A stretch of DNA of 64,000 nt from Escherichia phage vB_EcoS_VAH1, in the sequence record MK373792.1; one strand, 5' to 3'. Below are positions 7,685 to 17,328 of this stretch, piece by piece. The stretch's first letter is position 1, and the number at the start of each line of letters is the position of its first letter. Both the position numbers and the translations under genes were made by a program. The notes beneath the pieces are model-generated. The model had not been told where the DNA came from, searched no databases, and worked only from the letters and a program-made list of their open reading frames with translations.

Positions 7685-8524
7685 TTAAGAGGACATTTTA
7701 GCTTTAAGAGCCGGATGCGGATCATATCCTTCAAGCTGGAAGGACCAAGCTGCCGTATTATTTTCTAATAAATCGTAAAGATCTACAAACTCTGGCATTA
7801 CTAGAGTTGGTAAAGAGCGAGGTTTACGTTTTACCTGTTCTTCTACCTGTTCCATATGGTCATTATAGATATGAGTGTCACCACCACTAAAGATAAGATA
7901 GCGAGGTTTTAATCCTGTCAGTTTTGCTAATATATGCGTTAATAAAGCATAACTAGCGATATTGAAAGGTAAACCGAGGAAACAATCTACAGAACGTTGT
8001 GTCCATTTAAGATCTAGGTATCCATCGTTACTTACATAGCACTGGAAGCCGTAGTGACAGGGTGGTAATGCCATCTTATCCAGTTCAGCAACGTTCCATG
8101 CAGATACTAGATGTCTGCGGCCATGGGGGTTATTCTTGAGTCCTTCAATAAGTTCTAGAATCTGATCTCGTCCACCAAAGTTACGCCACTGTTTACCATA
8201 TACTGGTCCTAGATTACCCTTATCATACCCCATACTTATAGCTTGGTCTTCATAATTTGGAGTCCAGATGGTCCACTGTCCTTCGTCACGACCAAATGTG
8301 AATACACGTAGATCATGAAGATTTGTGGAACCAGACAAGAACCATAAAAGTTCTCCTACTACTGATTTCCAGGCTAGGCGTTTAGTAGTTACAGCCGGGA
8401 ACCCTTCACGTAGATCGAATTTAGCATAGGAATCAAAAATTGAAACTGTGCCTGTTCCTGTACGGTCATTACGGGGTTCACCTAGTAAAATTACATCTGT
8501 CAAAATTTTTAAGTATTGTTGCAT
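7685..8524 (-). CDS. thyA: Thymidylate synthase
   Basis: 279 aa; active-site region PPCHYGFQCYV and overall ThyA signature. Confidence 0.95.
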   Translation of the reverse strand: MQQYLKILTDVILLGEPRNDRTGTGTVSIFDSYAKFDLREGFPAVTTKRLAWKSVVGELLWFLSGSTNLHDLRVFTFGRDEGQWTIWTPNYEDQAISMGYDKGNLGPVYGKQWRNFGGRDQILELIEGLKNNPHGRRHLVSAWNVAELDKMALPPCHYGFQCYVSNDGYLDLKWTQRSVDCFLGLPFNIASYALLTHILAKLTGLKPRYLIFSGGDTHIYNDHMEQVEEQVKRKPRSLPTLVMPEFVDLYDLLENNTAAWSFQLEGYDPHPALKAKMSS

Positions 8525-9057
8525 TAATAAGTAACCAATTCCTGTACAAATCGCAGGCTGTTATCACTGTTTGCGCCAACTGCATAGACTAATCGAGTGG
8601 ATTCATAGTTATAATCCAGTATTATACTATCTAGGTGTATATCTGCCTCTAGCTTCTGTTCGCTAAAGATTGTAGATACAAAAGCACTTTCTATATGCCC
8701 ATGTTGGTACATTTCTAGAAGAAGATTAGCTCCGCCTAGAACTACTGTTTGCTGATCTTTTAGAAAGGTAGGTAATGTATCACCTATCATTGATATGGGA
8801 GTGTAAATATCATGTGTAATATCGTCTGGTAGTGGACGATCAGCACGAATAAATAGGTCAGAAGCTCCAATCATACGTTCCCTAACGGCATATGGAAGAG
8901 CTAAATAAGTACCTGCCCCAATAATAATATTATCAGGATTTAGTACATCTAATTGTGAATAAAAAGCATCTAGTTCTTCTTTAAAAGAACCCCAGGGAAG
9001 CTTACCTCGGAGGCCGAACTCCCCATTCGGCCCAACTGCATACATTGCTGTAATCAT
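8524..9057 (-). CDS. frd: Dihydrofolate reductase
   Basis: 177 aa; DHFR-like N-terminus (IGxxGxLPW pattern); stop/start overlaps with thyA and nrdB. Confidence 0.8.
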   Translation of the reverse strand: MITAMYAVGPNGEFGLRGKLPWGSFKEELDAFYSQLDVLNPDNIIIGAGTYLALPYAVRERMIGASDLFIRADRPLPDDITHDIYTPISMIGDTLPTFLKDQQTVVLGGANLLLEMYQHGHIESAFVSTIFSEQKLEADIHLDSIILDYNYESTRLVYAVGANSDNSLRFVQELVTY

Positions 9058-10199
9058 AGGAAATCTCCAAATTCATTGCCCAGATCTTTTAGAGTATCAG
9101 TAGAGGTCTCAGTTACCTGACCTACACGGTAGGCTGCACCAATCTGGATTTCTTGTGGAGCAGGCTGTAGAGAGGTAGTATCCAACCAGTTCATGATCCA
9201 CGGAATAGGGTTTTTAGTGATTACTGGTAAGTGACTAGGCCATTCTACGCCAATGTGCATAAACGCGTTGCGTCCCACAAAGTACAAGTATTCTTCTAGA
9301 AGTTCTGCATTCAAACCAATCAGACTACGACCTTTGAAGATGAAATGACCCCATTCAATTTCAGTTTTCAGAGTTTTCAGGAGCTGTGCTGGTGCTTTAG
9401 CCACTGCTTCATCTACCAGATCTTTGTCAAACTGCTGGAACATAATCTGGATGATTGTTTTAGACATCTGAGTATGTAGGGCTTCATCTTTAGCAATCAA
9501 TTGCAGATTTTTAGCAATACCTTGCAGAATATCGTTCTCTGCTAACGCAAAGGTACATGCAAAGGATGCGTAGAACTGCATTGCTTCCAGACCGTAGATT
9601 GCAAAATAAGCGTCTAATAACTTAGCCTGAGTTTCACGTTTAACTTCAGGAAACTCTGTTTCTGGGTAAGTATTATCACCACGATGATCGCGTACTGCGA
9701 TGAAATACTGACCTAACTGGTACAATTCATCGAACAGTTCAACAGAATCAGCGATACGTGCGAATGCTTCTTGGTTTTTAGTTACAGAATCAATAAATTC
9801 TGCCGGATCAGTCAGCACATTACGGATAATATTGCTATACGCACGACTATGCAGGTCTTCAAAATAGCTCCACTGCTTGAGCATACCTTCCAATTCTGGA
9901 CGACTTACAAGCGGCATAATAGCTGCTTCCGGGGCACGACTGATAAAGGAATCAGTTTGAGTCTGCCATGCTAAGTTCAGGAGTGTAATTTCCTGAATTT
10001 CACGTGGGAGATTAGGCCATTGTTTCTTATCTGCTTCCAGACTGATTTCAGTTTCAGTCCAAAATTGAGAGCGTTGCAGAAGTGCCAGACGTTCTAGTTC
10101 TGGATGTGCTACACGTACATAATCTGCGATACCGAGAGAATCTCCCAGGAAAAGGTCAGCGTTAGTATGATCCCAATTCAGGTTTAGTAAAGTAGTCAT
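9054..10199 (-). CDS. nrdB: Ribonucleotide reductase class Ia small (beta) subunit
   Basis: 381 aa with ferritin-like di-iron architecture; adjacent to nrdA. Confidence 0.85.
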   Translation of the reverse strand: MTTLLNLNWDHTNADLFLGDSLGIADYVRVAHPELERLALLQRSQFWTETEISLEADKKQWPNLPREIQEITLLNLAWQTQTDSFISRAPEAAIMPLVSRPELEGMLKQWSYFEDLHSRAYSNIIRNVLTDPAEFIDSVTKNQEAFARIADSVELFDELYQLGQYFIAVRDHRGDNTYPETEFPEVKRETQAKLLDAYFAIYGLEAMQFYASFACTFALAENDILQGIAKNLQLIAKDEALHTQMSKTIIQIMFQQFDKDLVDEAVAKAPAQLLKTLKTEIEWGHFIFKGRSLIGLNAELLEEYLYFVGRNAFMHIGVEWPSHLPVITKNPIPWIMNWLDTTSLQPAPQEIQIGAAYRVGQVTETSTDTLKDLGNEFGDFL

Positions 10200-10230
10200 T
10201 GATTTTCCTCTTTCTCACTATTTCAGGAAT

Positions 10231-10259
10231 ATTATAGCAAATCTGGTAGCGATTAGCAA
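10231..10259 (-). promoter_or_regulatory. T5-type early promoter (TTGCTA-N17-TATAAT) for nrdB
   Basis: Consensus hexamers on the - strand, about 30 nt upstream of the nrdB ATG. Confidence 0.6.
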
Positions 10260-10276
10260 GTAAAATTTCAAAGAAA

Positions 10277-10298
10277 AAGGAGACCCGAAGATCTCCTT
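10277..10298 (-). terminator. Hairpin terminator after nrdA
   Basis: Stem AAGGAGA/TCTCCTT; T-runs on both sides (GTTTTTATT on +, TTTCTTT on -). Confidence 0.5.
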
Positions 10299-10305
10299 GT
10301 TTTTA

Positions 10306-12636
10306 TTAAATAGTACAACCACCGGATGCACAACCGGCTGCTTCTTCTCCAGCACCTCCACCATTTGCGGTATTGAAGTTAGCATAATACCAAGTTTTCC
10401 ACCCATACTTAACAGCAGTCATGAAATCACGAACTACTACTGGGCCAGGAATTATTTCATTCTCAAACTTGGTGTAGTCATAGTACATATTCGTACTGAT
10501 AGACTGACTGAAGAATTTCTGCATAGTTGCTACCCACTTGATCCACTCGATACGATCTACATCATAAGCCAGTTTATAGCTCATTAACGTTTCCCAATCG
10601 GTTGCACCCGGAGCAATTGCAATTACTTTATTAACTGCACTACCCTTGATAGATACAATCTTACGAGGTGGTTCGATAGAGTTAGTAACGCCTAGCAGAA
10701 CAGAAGAGCTTTCTCCTGGCATCTGAGCAGTCAGAACAGAGTTCCGCATACCATATTTCAGAATATCTGCACGCAGAGACTCCCAATCCATTTCTAGACC
10801 TACGGATACCAGTTCATCAACAGTTTTCTTGTACGTGTCGATTACCAGAATTCCTTTAGATGGTTTAGTACGATCAAACCACTCACATGCACCCTGTTCT
10901 CTAGCTAGGCGTACAGAGGCTTTATGCAGGAAGTAGGACAGTTTTTCAGCCTCACGGTGAATCCAGTTACGGGCTTCAATACCTTCGTAAGCCAGACCTT
11001 CTGCTGCCATTGCACCTGCTGCGTTCATTAGGCCAATACCAACATTACGACGTTTCTTAGCTGTGTATTCCATAGTTGGGAACGGATAATCCTGAATTTC
11101 AATGATGGTATCAACGAATTTCAGAAGAATATAGCAAGTCTTTTCCCACTCAGCTAGAGATTCCATGCGTCCAAGTACAACACCACCTAAGTTACACAGA
11201 GATACTTCACCAATATCCTCCGGCTTCATTTGATCAAGCTGCTCTTTTGTCTTATACAGCTCTGTGATATGATGGAACGGGCGTGTAGGCTGAGTAATTT
11301 CAACACAAAGGTTTGTCATACGGATCGGATCAAGGAAATTACCATGACGATTAGATTCCCCAATGTGATGAGCATACATACGTCCTGTTTCCATTCGGAT
11401 ACGTAGCCAAGTATCTAGGATTTCTTTTGCAGAGACTTTAGGAGCTGCTGGAACTGTTTTTCCTTCGTGGTCGATCTTTGTAAGAGATGCCACACGTTTC
11501 TCCGCTGCCACATAGATTTCTTCAAATTTAGCCTCGTCATCACTATAAAACGCTTCATGAACTTCTGGAGCATAGAAGTATGACATTAGCGTAATATCTT
11601 CATTTTTCAGATAACGTTTTAACAAAAGATTGTTGAAGCTCAGAGAATAATCCATCTTATCGATTTTATTCTCATCTGTAGCACGTTGTTGCTTAACCTG
11701 CATCAATTGAATGATTTCAGGGTCAAAGTATGGATAAGACACTGTAGCAGAACCACCACGAGTTTGCTGAGTATTGGCCTTTACTGAGCGGTCAATGTGT
11801 CGATAATATGGCAGTTTTCCGGAATGCGGGAATGCCCCATTTCGCACCGGATCAGCAATTGATCTGCTTTCAAGATGATACCCGATTCCCGCTCTGGCTG
11901 CGACCATTTTGAAGACGATGTGCTCGGCGGTGTCGATTGAATCCAACGTGTCAGTGGAATCCACGAGGCAGCAACTAGCAAATCCACGGTCACTAGAGCG
12001 CAGGCCAACCAGTGGCGGCGTAGGAACGTTGATTTTGTGGAGTGACATTGCGTTGTAGAGGTCGATTGCATCTAGAATTGTCCAGTTAGGTTGAGATAGC
12101 ATCGCCATTGCCATACCCATGTAGGCAAACTGCGGAGTTTCATAAATTTCACCAGTGGCTATGTTACGCCGGGAATACTTATCAAAGAACTGCTTCAGTC
12201 CACCACTAGTAAAAAGACGGTCACGATCATGGTCGATAACCTGATTCAGAGCTTCAAATTGCTCATCGGTAATCCATGCACTCATGTCTTCCCATGCACC
12301 TACGCTAACCATATGGTCGTGGAAGAAGCGCAGAGAAGGCGGTTCGAAAGAGTCATAAAGGCGTTTACGCATTTGCGCAAGACGTAATTCCTTTGCTGGC
12401 ACATCGTATGCTGGGTTATCTTTGATAAGACTTTCAGCAGCTTTAATTAATGCGTCCATCAGAGTGTCGGAATCTACAACCCCTTTAGGTAGAGTTTTTT
12501 GAGCAGCCATAGTAATGGCTGACCAACTTACATCAACTGTTTTGCAACCATACTCTGCCCAACCATTGAGTTTTTCAGGAGCAAAGTCTTCTACAGTACC
12601 GTCACGTTTAATTACTTTTTCAATGCGATGGCTCAT
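10306..12636 (-). CDS. nrdA: Ribonucleotide reductase class Ia large (alpha) subunit
   Basis: Same frame as track ORF 10306..12741; likely start is the ATG at 12636 (MSHRIEKVIKRDGTVEDF, ATP-cone) with AAGGAAA ribosome-binding site and promoter at 12675-12703; Cys-rich C-terminal tail. Confidence 0.9.
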   Translation of the reverse strand: MSHRIEKVIKRDGTVEDFAPEKLNGWAEYGCKTVDVSWSAITMAAQKTLPKGVVDSDTLMDALIKAAESLIKDNPAYDVPAKELRLAQMRKRLYDSFEPPSLRFFHDHMVSVGAWEDMSAWITDEQFEALNQVIDHDRDRLFTSGGLKQFFDKYSRRNIATGEIYETPQFAYMGMAMAMLSQPNWTILDAIDLYNAMSLHKINVPTPPLVGLRSSDRGFASCCLVDSTDTLDSIDTAEHIVFKMVAARAGIGYHLESRSIADPVRNGAFPHSGKLPYYRHIDRSVKANTQQTRGGSATVSYPYFDPEIIQLMQVKQQRATDENKIDKMDYSLSFNNLLLKRYLKNEDITLMSYFYAPEVHEAFYSDDEAKFEEIYVAAEKRVASLTKIDHEGKTVPAAPKVSAKEILDTWLRIRMETGRMYAHHIGESNRHGNFLDPIRMTNLCVEITQPTRPFHHITELYKTKEQLDQMKPEDIGEVSLCNLGGVVLGRMESLAEWEKTCYILLKFVDTIIEIQDYPFPTMEYTAKKRRNVGIGLMNAAGAMAAEGLAYEGIEARNWIHREAEKLSYFLHKASVRLAREQGACEWFDRTKPSKGILVIDTYKKTVDELVSVGLEMDWESLRADILKYGMRNSVLTAQMPGESSSVLLGVTNSIEPPRKIVSIKGSAVNKVIAIAPGATDWETLMSYKLAYDVDRIEWIKWVATMQKFFSQSISTNMYYDYTKFENEIIPGPVVVRDFMTAVKYGWKTWYYANFNTANGGGAGEEAAGCASGGCTI

Positions 12637-12674
12637 TTGGCTTTCCTTTTTATAGTTATCAGGATTTAAGGAAT

Positions 12675-12703
12675 ATTCTACTTTATTATTGGTCATTAGG
12701 CAA
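12675..12703 (-). promoter_or_regulatory. Early promoter (TTGCCT-N17-TAGAAT) for nrdA
   Basis: Near-consensus hexamers on the - strand, about 35 nt upstream of the revised nrdA start. Confidence 0.45.
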
Positions 12704-12780
12704 ATAAAATTTTCTGATAGAAAAGGCCCGAGTATTTTCATACCCAGGCCCTGTATATTACCAGTCTAGTTTTTGGCCAC

Positions 12781-12978
12781 TTAAGTTCTCAGCAGAATAT
12801 CTATTGAGGTACTTAGTTCATTATAATTGAAGGGCCGATTTGGATTTGAGGTTACAATTTTCCACGCTAGGGTAGTCTTAGGACTTTCTTCCCCTTCCTT
12901 ACGTGTAATCATATTAGCAGCACTCAGTGAAGTACGATGTATTTTAGTTTTACGGTGTAGATGTACGACGTTTCCCAT
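12781..12978 (-). CDS. Small basic hypothetical protein (~65 aa)
   Basis: In-frame ATG at 12978 with GGAAGG ribosome-binding site directly after the phoH stop; the track ORF 12781..13047 starts at an upstream alternative codon inside phoH. Confidence 0.4.
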   Translation of the reverse strand: MGNVVHLHRKTKIHRTSLSAANMITRKEGEESPKTTLAWKIVTSNPNRPFNYNELSTSIDILLRT

Positions 12979-12979
12979 A

Positions 12980-13741
12980 TTACACCTTCCCCATGTCTTT
13001 AAAAATATCGTAGAATGCTTTAGACTCAGCAGAACGAACGTTATCAATCAATTCGATCATTGAGAATGGAGCATTTTCATATTTCTCATAAACTTCCATA
13101 AGAAGTGCTAGACCTGAGTCACCTTTAATGTCTTTCTGAGCTATATCTCCGCAGATAATTAAACGGCAGTCTTGTCCTACACGAGTTAGGAGACAAACCA
13201 TTGCCTCAACGGAAATATTCTGAGCTTCATCGACAATTACATAGGAGTTGTTGAAAGTTCTGCCACGAGCATGTTCTATAGCCAAAAATTTAATTTTCTG
13301 ACGTTCGACATATCCCTTATATGCATGATCACCGATGGCCCATTTCATACCATCAGCTATTGGCTCTAACCAAGGCTCTAGCTTTTCTGCTAGATCACCA
13401 GGAAGCATACCAAGAGACTTACCTAGAGGTTCATTAGGACGTACGAGAATTACTTGCTCAATATCTGAGTGAATGTCTACGAGTTCCTGAGCTGCAAGAA
13501 CAGACGGGATAAAGGTTTTACCAGTACCTGGCTCTCCGATACCCACAGTCACTGTGTTGTTCTTGATCATATTGATATATGATTTTTGCTCGCGGTTTTT
13601 ACCTACTAGGGATTTAGCAACTGGATTAGCGTAATCATTAGAAAAATCAGCCTGAATTACGTTATTCTCATATTTGTTGCCACGCTTTCTTGAACCATTG
13701 CGGTTCTCTCTTTTTTGACGTGCTTTTCCCATAAATAACAC
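12980..13741 (-). CDS. phoH: PhoH-like ATPase
   Basis: 253 aa; Walker A GEPGTGKT, Walker B VIVDEAQN. Confidence 0.85.
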   Translation of the reverse strand: MLFMGKARQKRENRNGSRKRGNKYENNVIQADFSNDYANPVAKSLVGKNREQKSYINMIKNNTVTVGIGEPGTGKTFIPSVLAAQELVDIHSDIEQVILVRPNEPLGKSLGMLPGDLAEKLEPWLEPIADGMKWAIGDHAYKGYVERQKIKFLAIEHARGRTFNNSYVIVDEAQNISVEAMVCLLTRVGQDCRLIICGDIAQKDIKGDSGLALLMEVYEKYENAPFSMIELIDNVRSAESKAFYDIFKDMGKV

Positions 13742-13808
13742 TCCTATAGTGTACTTCGCTTCTAACAGAGGATCAACAAAGAGATCTTGTTTATCAACTT
13801 ACAAATAT

Positions 13809-13837
13809 ATTATAACAAGGTTTACAGCAAAAAGCAA
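13809..13837 (-). promoter_or_regulatory. T5-type early promoter (TTGCTT-N17-TATAAT) for phoH
   Basis: Consensus hexamers on the - strand in an AT-rich divergent promoter region. Confidence 0.55.
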
Positions 13838-14009
13838 GTATAATTTTAAATAAACCTATGATATTGCTTTTAAGTAAAAAATTTACTTGCTTATAAAGGT
13901 AGAAATATGATACTAGATAATCATTTATTTATATGTAAAAATACTATGCTGTATAGCATCAATAAAAATTGATAAAAATCAAAAGTCAAATAGTATTAGA
14001 AAAATGTAG

Positions 14010-14038
14010 TTGACGTATGGGGTGGAATTATGTATAAT
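14010..14038 (+). promoter_or_regulatory. Sigma70 promoter (TTGACG-N17-TATAAT)
   Basis: Near-perfect consensus 21 nt upstream of the ATG at 14060. Confidence 0.65.
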
Positions 14039-14059
14039 ATGTGAATTAGGGAGAATTTA

Positions 14060-14731
14060 ATGGTAAGAAAGAAAATAACTACAGAAGATGTGAACTTAGC
14101 ACTTGCTCCCAGAGGAATAATTATGCTAAGCACGTATATATCAGCTAAATCCAATGCTATATTTAAGTGCTCTAATGGGCATAGTTGGGAGGCTAGAGTA
14201 GATAATGTAAAAGGTGGGAGAGGTTGCCCTTATTGTGCTAGTCGTACTTTAGATCTTAAAGAGGTAAATGAATCCTTAGCTGCTCGTGGAATAAAGATGG
14301 AAGGTAAATACATCAATTCTAAGAGTAAAATTATGTTCAGCTGTGAGAATAATCATAGGTGGGAGTCTACACTTGATAGTGTTAGAAACCATAGTTCTGG
14401 TTGTCCTATATGTTTATTAGAGAAGGATAATTATCCTACTAACGTATATATTTTAATAAGTAATGTGGGAACCAAAATAGGAGTGTCTAGCAGAACTAAA
14501 GATAGACTCAGAGATATTAAAACTTCTTCTAACATACATGATTTAAAAATATTTAAGGAATATAGCTTTTCAGATAGATCAAAAGCTATACGTATTGAAA
14601 GAGAGGTCCATTTACAGTTTAAGGAATATAATTGTCAGTACAAAGATTTTGATGGTGCTACAGAATTTTTTAATATTGAGCCAGAAGTAGTAGCAAGGTT
14701 TATTGAGGAAATAATTAATGACAGAGAATGA
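14060..14731 (+). CDS. T5orf172-domain (GIY-YIG-like) protein with two N-terminal zinc ribbons; putative homing or nicking endonuclease
   Basis: 223 aa; two repeats of C-x3-H...C-P-x-C, then a T5orf172-like C-terminal domain; sits between phoH and nrdD. Confidence 0.6.
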   Translation: MVRKKITTEDVNLALAPRGIIMLSTYISAKSNAIFKCSNGHSWEARVDNVKGGRGCPYCASRTLDLKEVNESLAARGIKMEGKYINSKSKIMFSCENNHRWESTLDSVRNHSSGCPICLLEKDNYPTNVYILISNVGTKIGVSSRTKDRLRDIKTSSNIHDLKIFKEYSFSDRSKAIRIEREVHLQFKEYNCQYKDFDGATEFFNIEPEVVARFIEEIINDRE

Positions 14732-16544
14732 ATTAATTGAGAATTGCAAAGGTCTGCTCACTCTAACTGCGGATAAGGACTTACAGCATAATAATGCTAA
14801 TAAGCCTAGTGAGATGTTCCATACTCAAAGAGACTTATTAGCTGGGGAAATTAACAAGTATTTAGTATCGCAAGAATTACCTAAACACCTGTTAGACGCA
14901 CATAATCTAGGTAAAATACACATTCATGACATGGACTACAGAGCACAAGGGTACACCAACTGTTGCTTAGTAGATCTAGGCGGTATGCTGAAAAATGGCA
15001 CTAAAATTGGTAACGCAAATATTGAAACTCCTAAATCCATAACTACTGCATGCGCGATTACTGCTCAGATTATTGCTCAAGTATCGGGTGCTCAGTATGG
15101 TGGCACTTCTATTGATCGTATCGATGAGGTTTTAGCCCCCTATGTCAGAAAGTCTTATGATAAGCACCTGGGTCGTGGTCTACGTTGGCTCAAGGATGAA
15201 AGGAAAGCTGCTGTATATGCTACTGAACTTACTGAAAAAGAGTGTTATGATGCATTCCAAGCCCTAGAGTATGAAACTAATTCATTATTTAACTCTAACG
15301 GACAGACTCCTTTTGTTACGCTTGGCTTTGGGCTAGGACAGGGGTGGGAGGAAAGGATGATTCAGAAAGCCATCCTCCAAAACCGTATTAAAGGTTTAGG
15401 TGCTGCTGAGTCAACCCCTATCTTCCCTAAACTAGTATTCTCAGTTAAAGAAGGGTTAAATAAAAATCCAGGCGATCCTAACTATGATATAAAACAGCTA
15501 GCACTTGAGTGTTCTGCTACCCGTATGTACCCGGACTATTTAAGTTACGAGAAAGTTGTAGCTGTTACTGGTGATTTTAAAGCACCTATGGGTTGTCGTA
15601 GTTTTTTATCCGCTATTCCTTCTGGGGAAACTGCCGGCCGTAATAATCTGGGTGTAGTGTCTATTAATCTACCTATGGTTGCTGCTGAGGCAGATGGGGT
15701 TTTTGAAGATTTCTGGGATATTCTGGACAAATATGTGGATGAGGCTTTTGAAGCTCATGATTTTTTCTTGGATAGACTTAAGAAAGTGAAGGCTAAACAA
15801 GCCCCTATTCTTTATATGCACGGTGGTTTTGGTGTGCGTTTAGATGGGGAAGAGTATGTATGGCCAATTTTTGAGGGTAGATCTTCTGTATCTCTTGGGT
15901 ATATTGGGGTCTATGAGATGTGCCAAATAATGTTTAGTTTACCGCAGACTCATAGGGACTGTATTGAATTTACAGAGGAAGTTCTTACTCACCTAAAAAA
16001 TCGTTGCGAAGTTAAAGCTAATGAGACTAATCTTGGGTTTAGCTTGTATGCTACTCCTAGTGAGTCTCTATGTAATCGCTTTAATAAACTACTGGAACGT
16101 AGGTTCCCTGAGTATTCTTGGCTAACAGATAAAGGCTATCTCACTAATAGTCATCATTTGGACGTAAGGGAGAAGGTAGCTCCGGATACTAAATTTGAGT
16201 ATGAAGCTCATTTCACCAAAATAGCTAATGGTGGTAATATATCGTTTGTGGAACTACCACAAATGAAAAAGTTCCATAAAGCTCTTGAATACGTAGTAGA
16301 TAAGGGATTAGAATGTAGCCATTATATTGGTGTTAATATACCAATTGATGAGTGCTTCAACTGTGGGTATATGGGTGAATCTGTTGCCTCTGAACGTGGG
16401 TTTGTATGTCCAAGTTGTGGGTCTGAAGAAATAGAGGTTACACGTAGGGTTTGCGGGTACCTGGGATCCCCGGGCAGTAGGCCTTTCAATTCTGGGAAAC
16501 AAAAAGAAGTGCTTGGTAGAGTAAAACACTTAAATCTTAAGTAA
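14718..16544 (+). CDS. nrdD: Anaerobic ribonucleoside-triphosphate reductase
   Basis: 608 aa; C-terminal glycyl-radical motif TRRVCGYLG and a Cys-rich zinc ribbon (CFNCGY...CPSCGS). Confidence 0.9.
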   Translation: MTENELIENCKGLLTLTADKDLQHNNANKPSEMFHTQRDLLAGEINKYLVSQELPKHLLDAHNLGKIHIHDMDYRAQGYTNCCLVDLGGMLKNGTKIGNANIETPKSITTACAITAQIIAQVSGAQYGGTSIDRIDEVLAPYVRKSYDKHLGRGLRWLKDERKAAVYATELTEKECYDAFQALEYETNSLFNSNGQTPFVTLGFGLGQGWEERMIQKAILQNRIKGLGAAESTPIFPKLVFSVKEGLNKNPGDPNYDIKQLALECSATRMYPDYLSYEKVVAVTGDFKAPMGCRSFLSAIPSGETAGRNNLGVVSINLPMVAAEADGVFEDFWDILDKYVDEAFEAHDFFLDRLKKVKAKQAPILYMHGGFGVRLDGEEYVWPIFEGRSSVSLGYIGVYEMCQIMFSLPQTHRDCIEFTEEVLTHLKNRCEVKANETNLGFSLYATPSESLCNRFNKLLERRFPEYSWLTDKGYLTNSHHLDVREKVAPDTKFEYEAHFTKIANGGNISFVELPQMKKFHKALEYVVDKGLECSHYIGVNIPIDECFNCGYMGESVASERGFVCPSCGSEEIEVTRRVCGYLGSPGSRPFNSGKQKEVLGRVKHLNLK

Positions 16545-16551
16545 GCTAATC

Positions 16552-16589
16552 AGCCGGGTTGCTAGTCGACCTGGCTTTTATTTTATTTG
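16552..16589 (+). terminator. Rho-independent terminator after nrdD
   Basis: Stem AGCCGGG/CCTGGCT followed by TTTTATTTTATTT; overlaps the -35 of the next promoter. Confidence 0.5.
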
Positions 16590-16615
16590 CTTTCAGCCAA
16601 AAATTTATATATAAT
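16587..16615 (+). promoter_or_regulatory. PN25-like strong early promoter (TTGCTT-N17-TATAAT, then AGATTTATAAATTTGAGAGGAG)
   Basis: Resembles the T5 N25 promoter as I recall it, including the downstream CATAAAT-like region and GAGAGGAG ribosome-binding site. Confidence 0.65.
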
Positions 16616-16643
16616 AGATTTATAAATTTGAGAGGAGAAAGCT

Positions 16644-16925
16644 ATGAGCGAATTGCTTCCTAAAGTAGATGTCTCCCATCTTGGGGAGCCTAGTGAAGAA
16701 CGTAAGGCTCTAGATTGGTTGGGCGGATTTGATTATCGTCGTGTTGTTGCAACATGGAATGATAAGAAAGTTAAGAAGTTTCGGGTACATTATGTAGGTA
16801 AAGACAAGTGGCTCTGGATTGATTATGAAGAATCGAAGGGGTCTACTAAGGCTGTGAAAATTTATCGTATGTATGGGTATTATTATGCTCACTGTGATAA
16901 GAATGAATTTACAGTACAGAACTAA
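16644..16925 (+). CDS. Hypothetical protein
   Basis: 93-aa ORF with GAGAGGAG ribosome-binding site; first gene after the PN25-like promoter. Confidence 0.55.
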   Translation: MSELLPKVDVSHLGEPSEERKALDWLGGFDYRRVVATWNDKKVKKFRVHYVGKDKWLWIDYEESKGSTKAVKIYRMYGYYYAHCDKNEFTVQN

Positions 16926-16934
16926 GGAACAAGA

Positions 16935-17138
16935 ATGAAAAACGTAAAACATCTTAAATATCGCTTAATTTACAACGGACGTATGGAAACAGAAGATCTG
17001 GCCCAGTTAGCTATTAATTCTAATGAGGTTACAGTGCGTGCGCTGGCAATTGAAAAGTTGCGTGCCTCTTATGAAAATCGTGTTATGGAACTAGAGGAGA
17101 AACTTTATGGCATTCTCGAAGCCGATGCTACCAGATAA
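16935..17138 (+). CDS. Hypothetical protein
   Basis: 67-aa ORF with AAGGAA ribosome-binding site. Confidence 0.5.
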   Translation: MKNVKHLKYRLIYNGRMETEDLAQLAINSNEVTVRALAIEKLRASYENRVMELEEKLYGILEADATR

Positions 17139-17328
17139 GGGTTTAAACGCCGCTTTGGAAAACGCATTAATGCAGCACTGGGAAACTGGCTATAAGGATG
17201 GTGTTGAATCCTGCGCTACTATGCTAGAAGTTATTGCTAATACCTTAATGGAGAAAGGCAATAAAGAATTAGCTGAGCTATTAGACAGTATTGGGCAAAA
17301 CTTCAGAGAACAGGTGAAAAATGCGTAG
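17107..17328 (+). CDS. Hypothetical protein
   Basis: 73-aa ORF with GGAG ribosome-binding site; overlaps both neighbours. Confidence 0.5.
   Translation: MAFSKPMLPDKGLNAALENALMQHWETGYKDGVESCATMLEVIANTLMEKGNKELAELLDSIGQNFREQVKNA

Noticed and set aside
12637-12741. 35-codon N-terminal extension of nrdA implied by the track start
   Set aside because: The extension would run across the promoter and ribosome-binding site; the ATG at 12636 gives a canonical ATP-cone start (MSHRIEK...).
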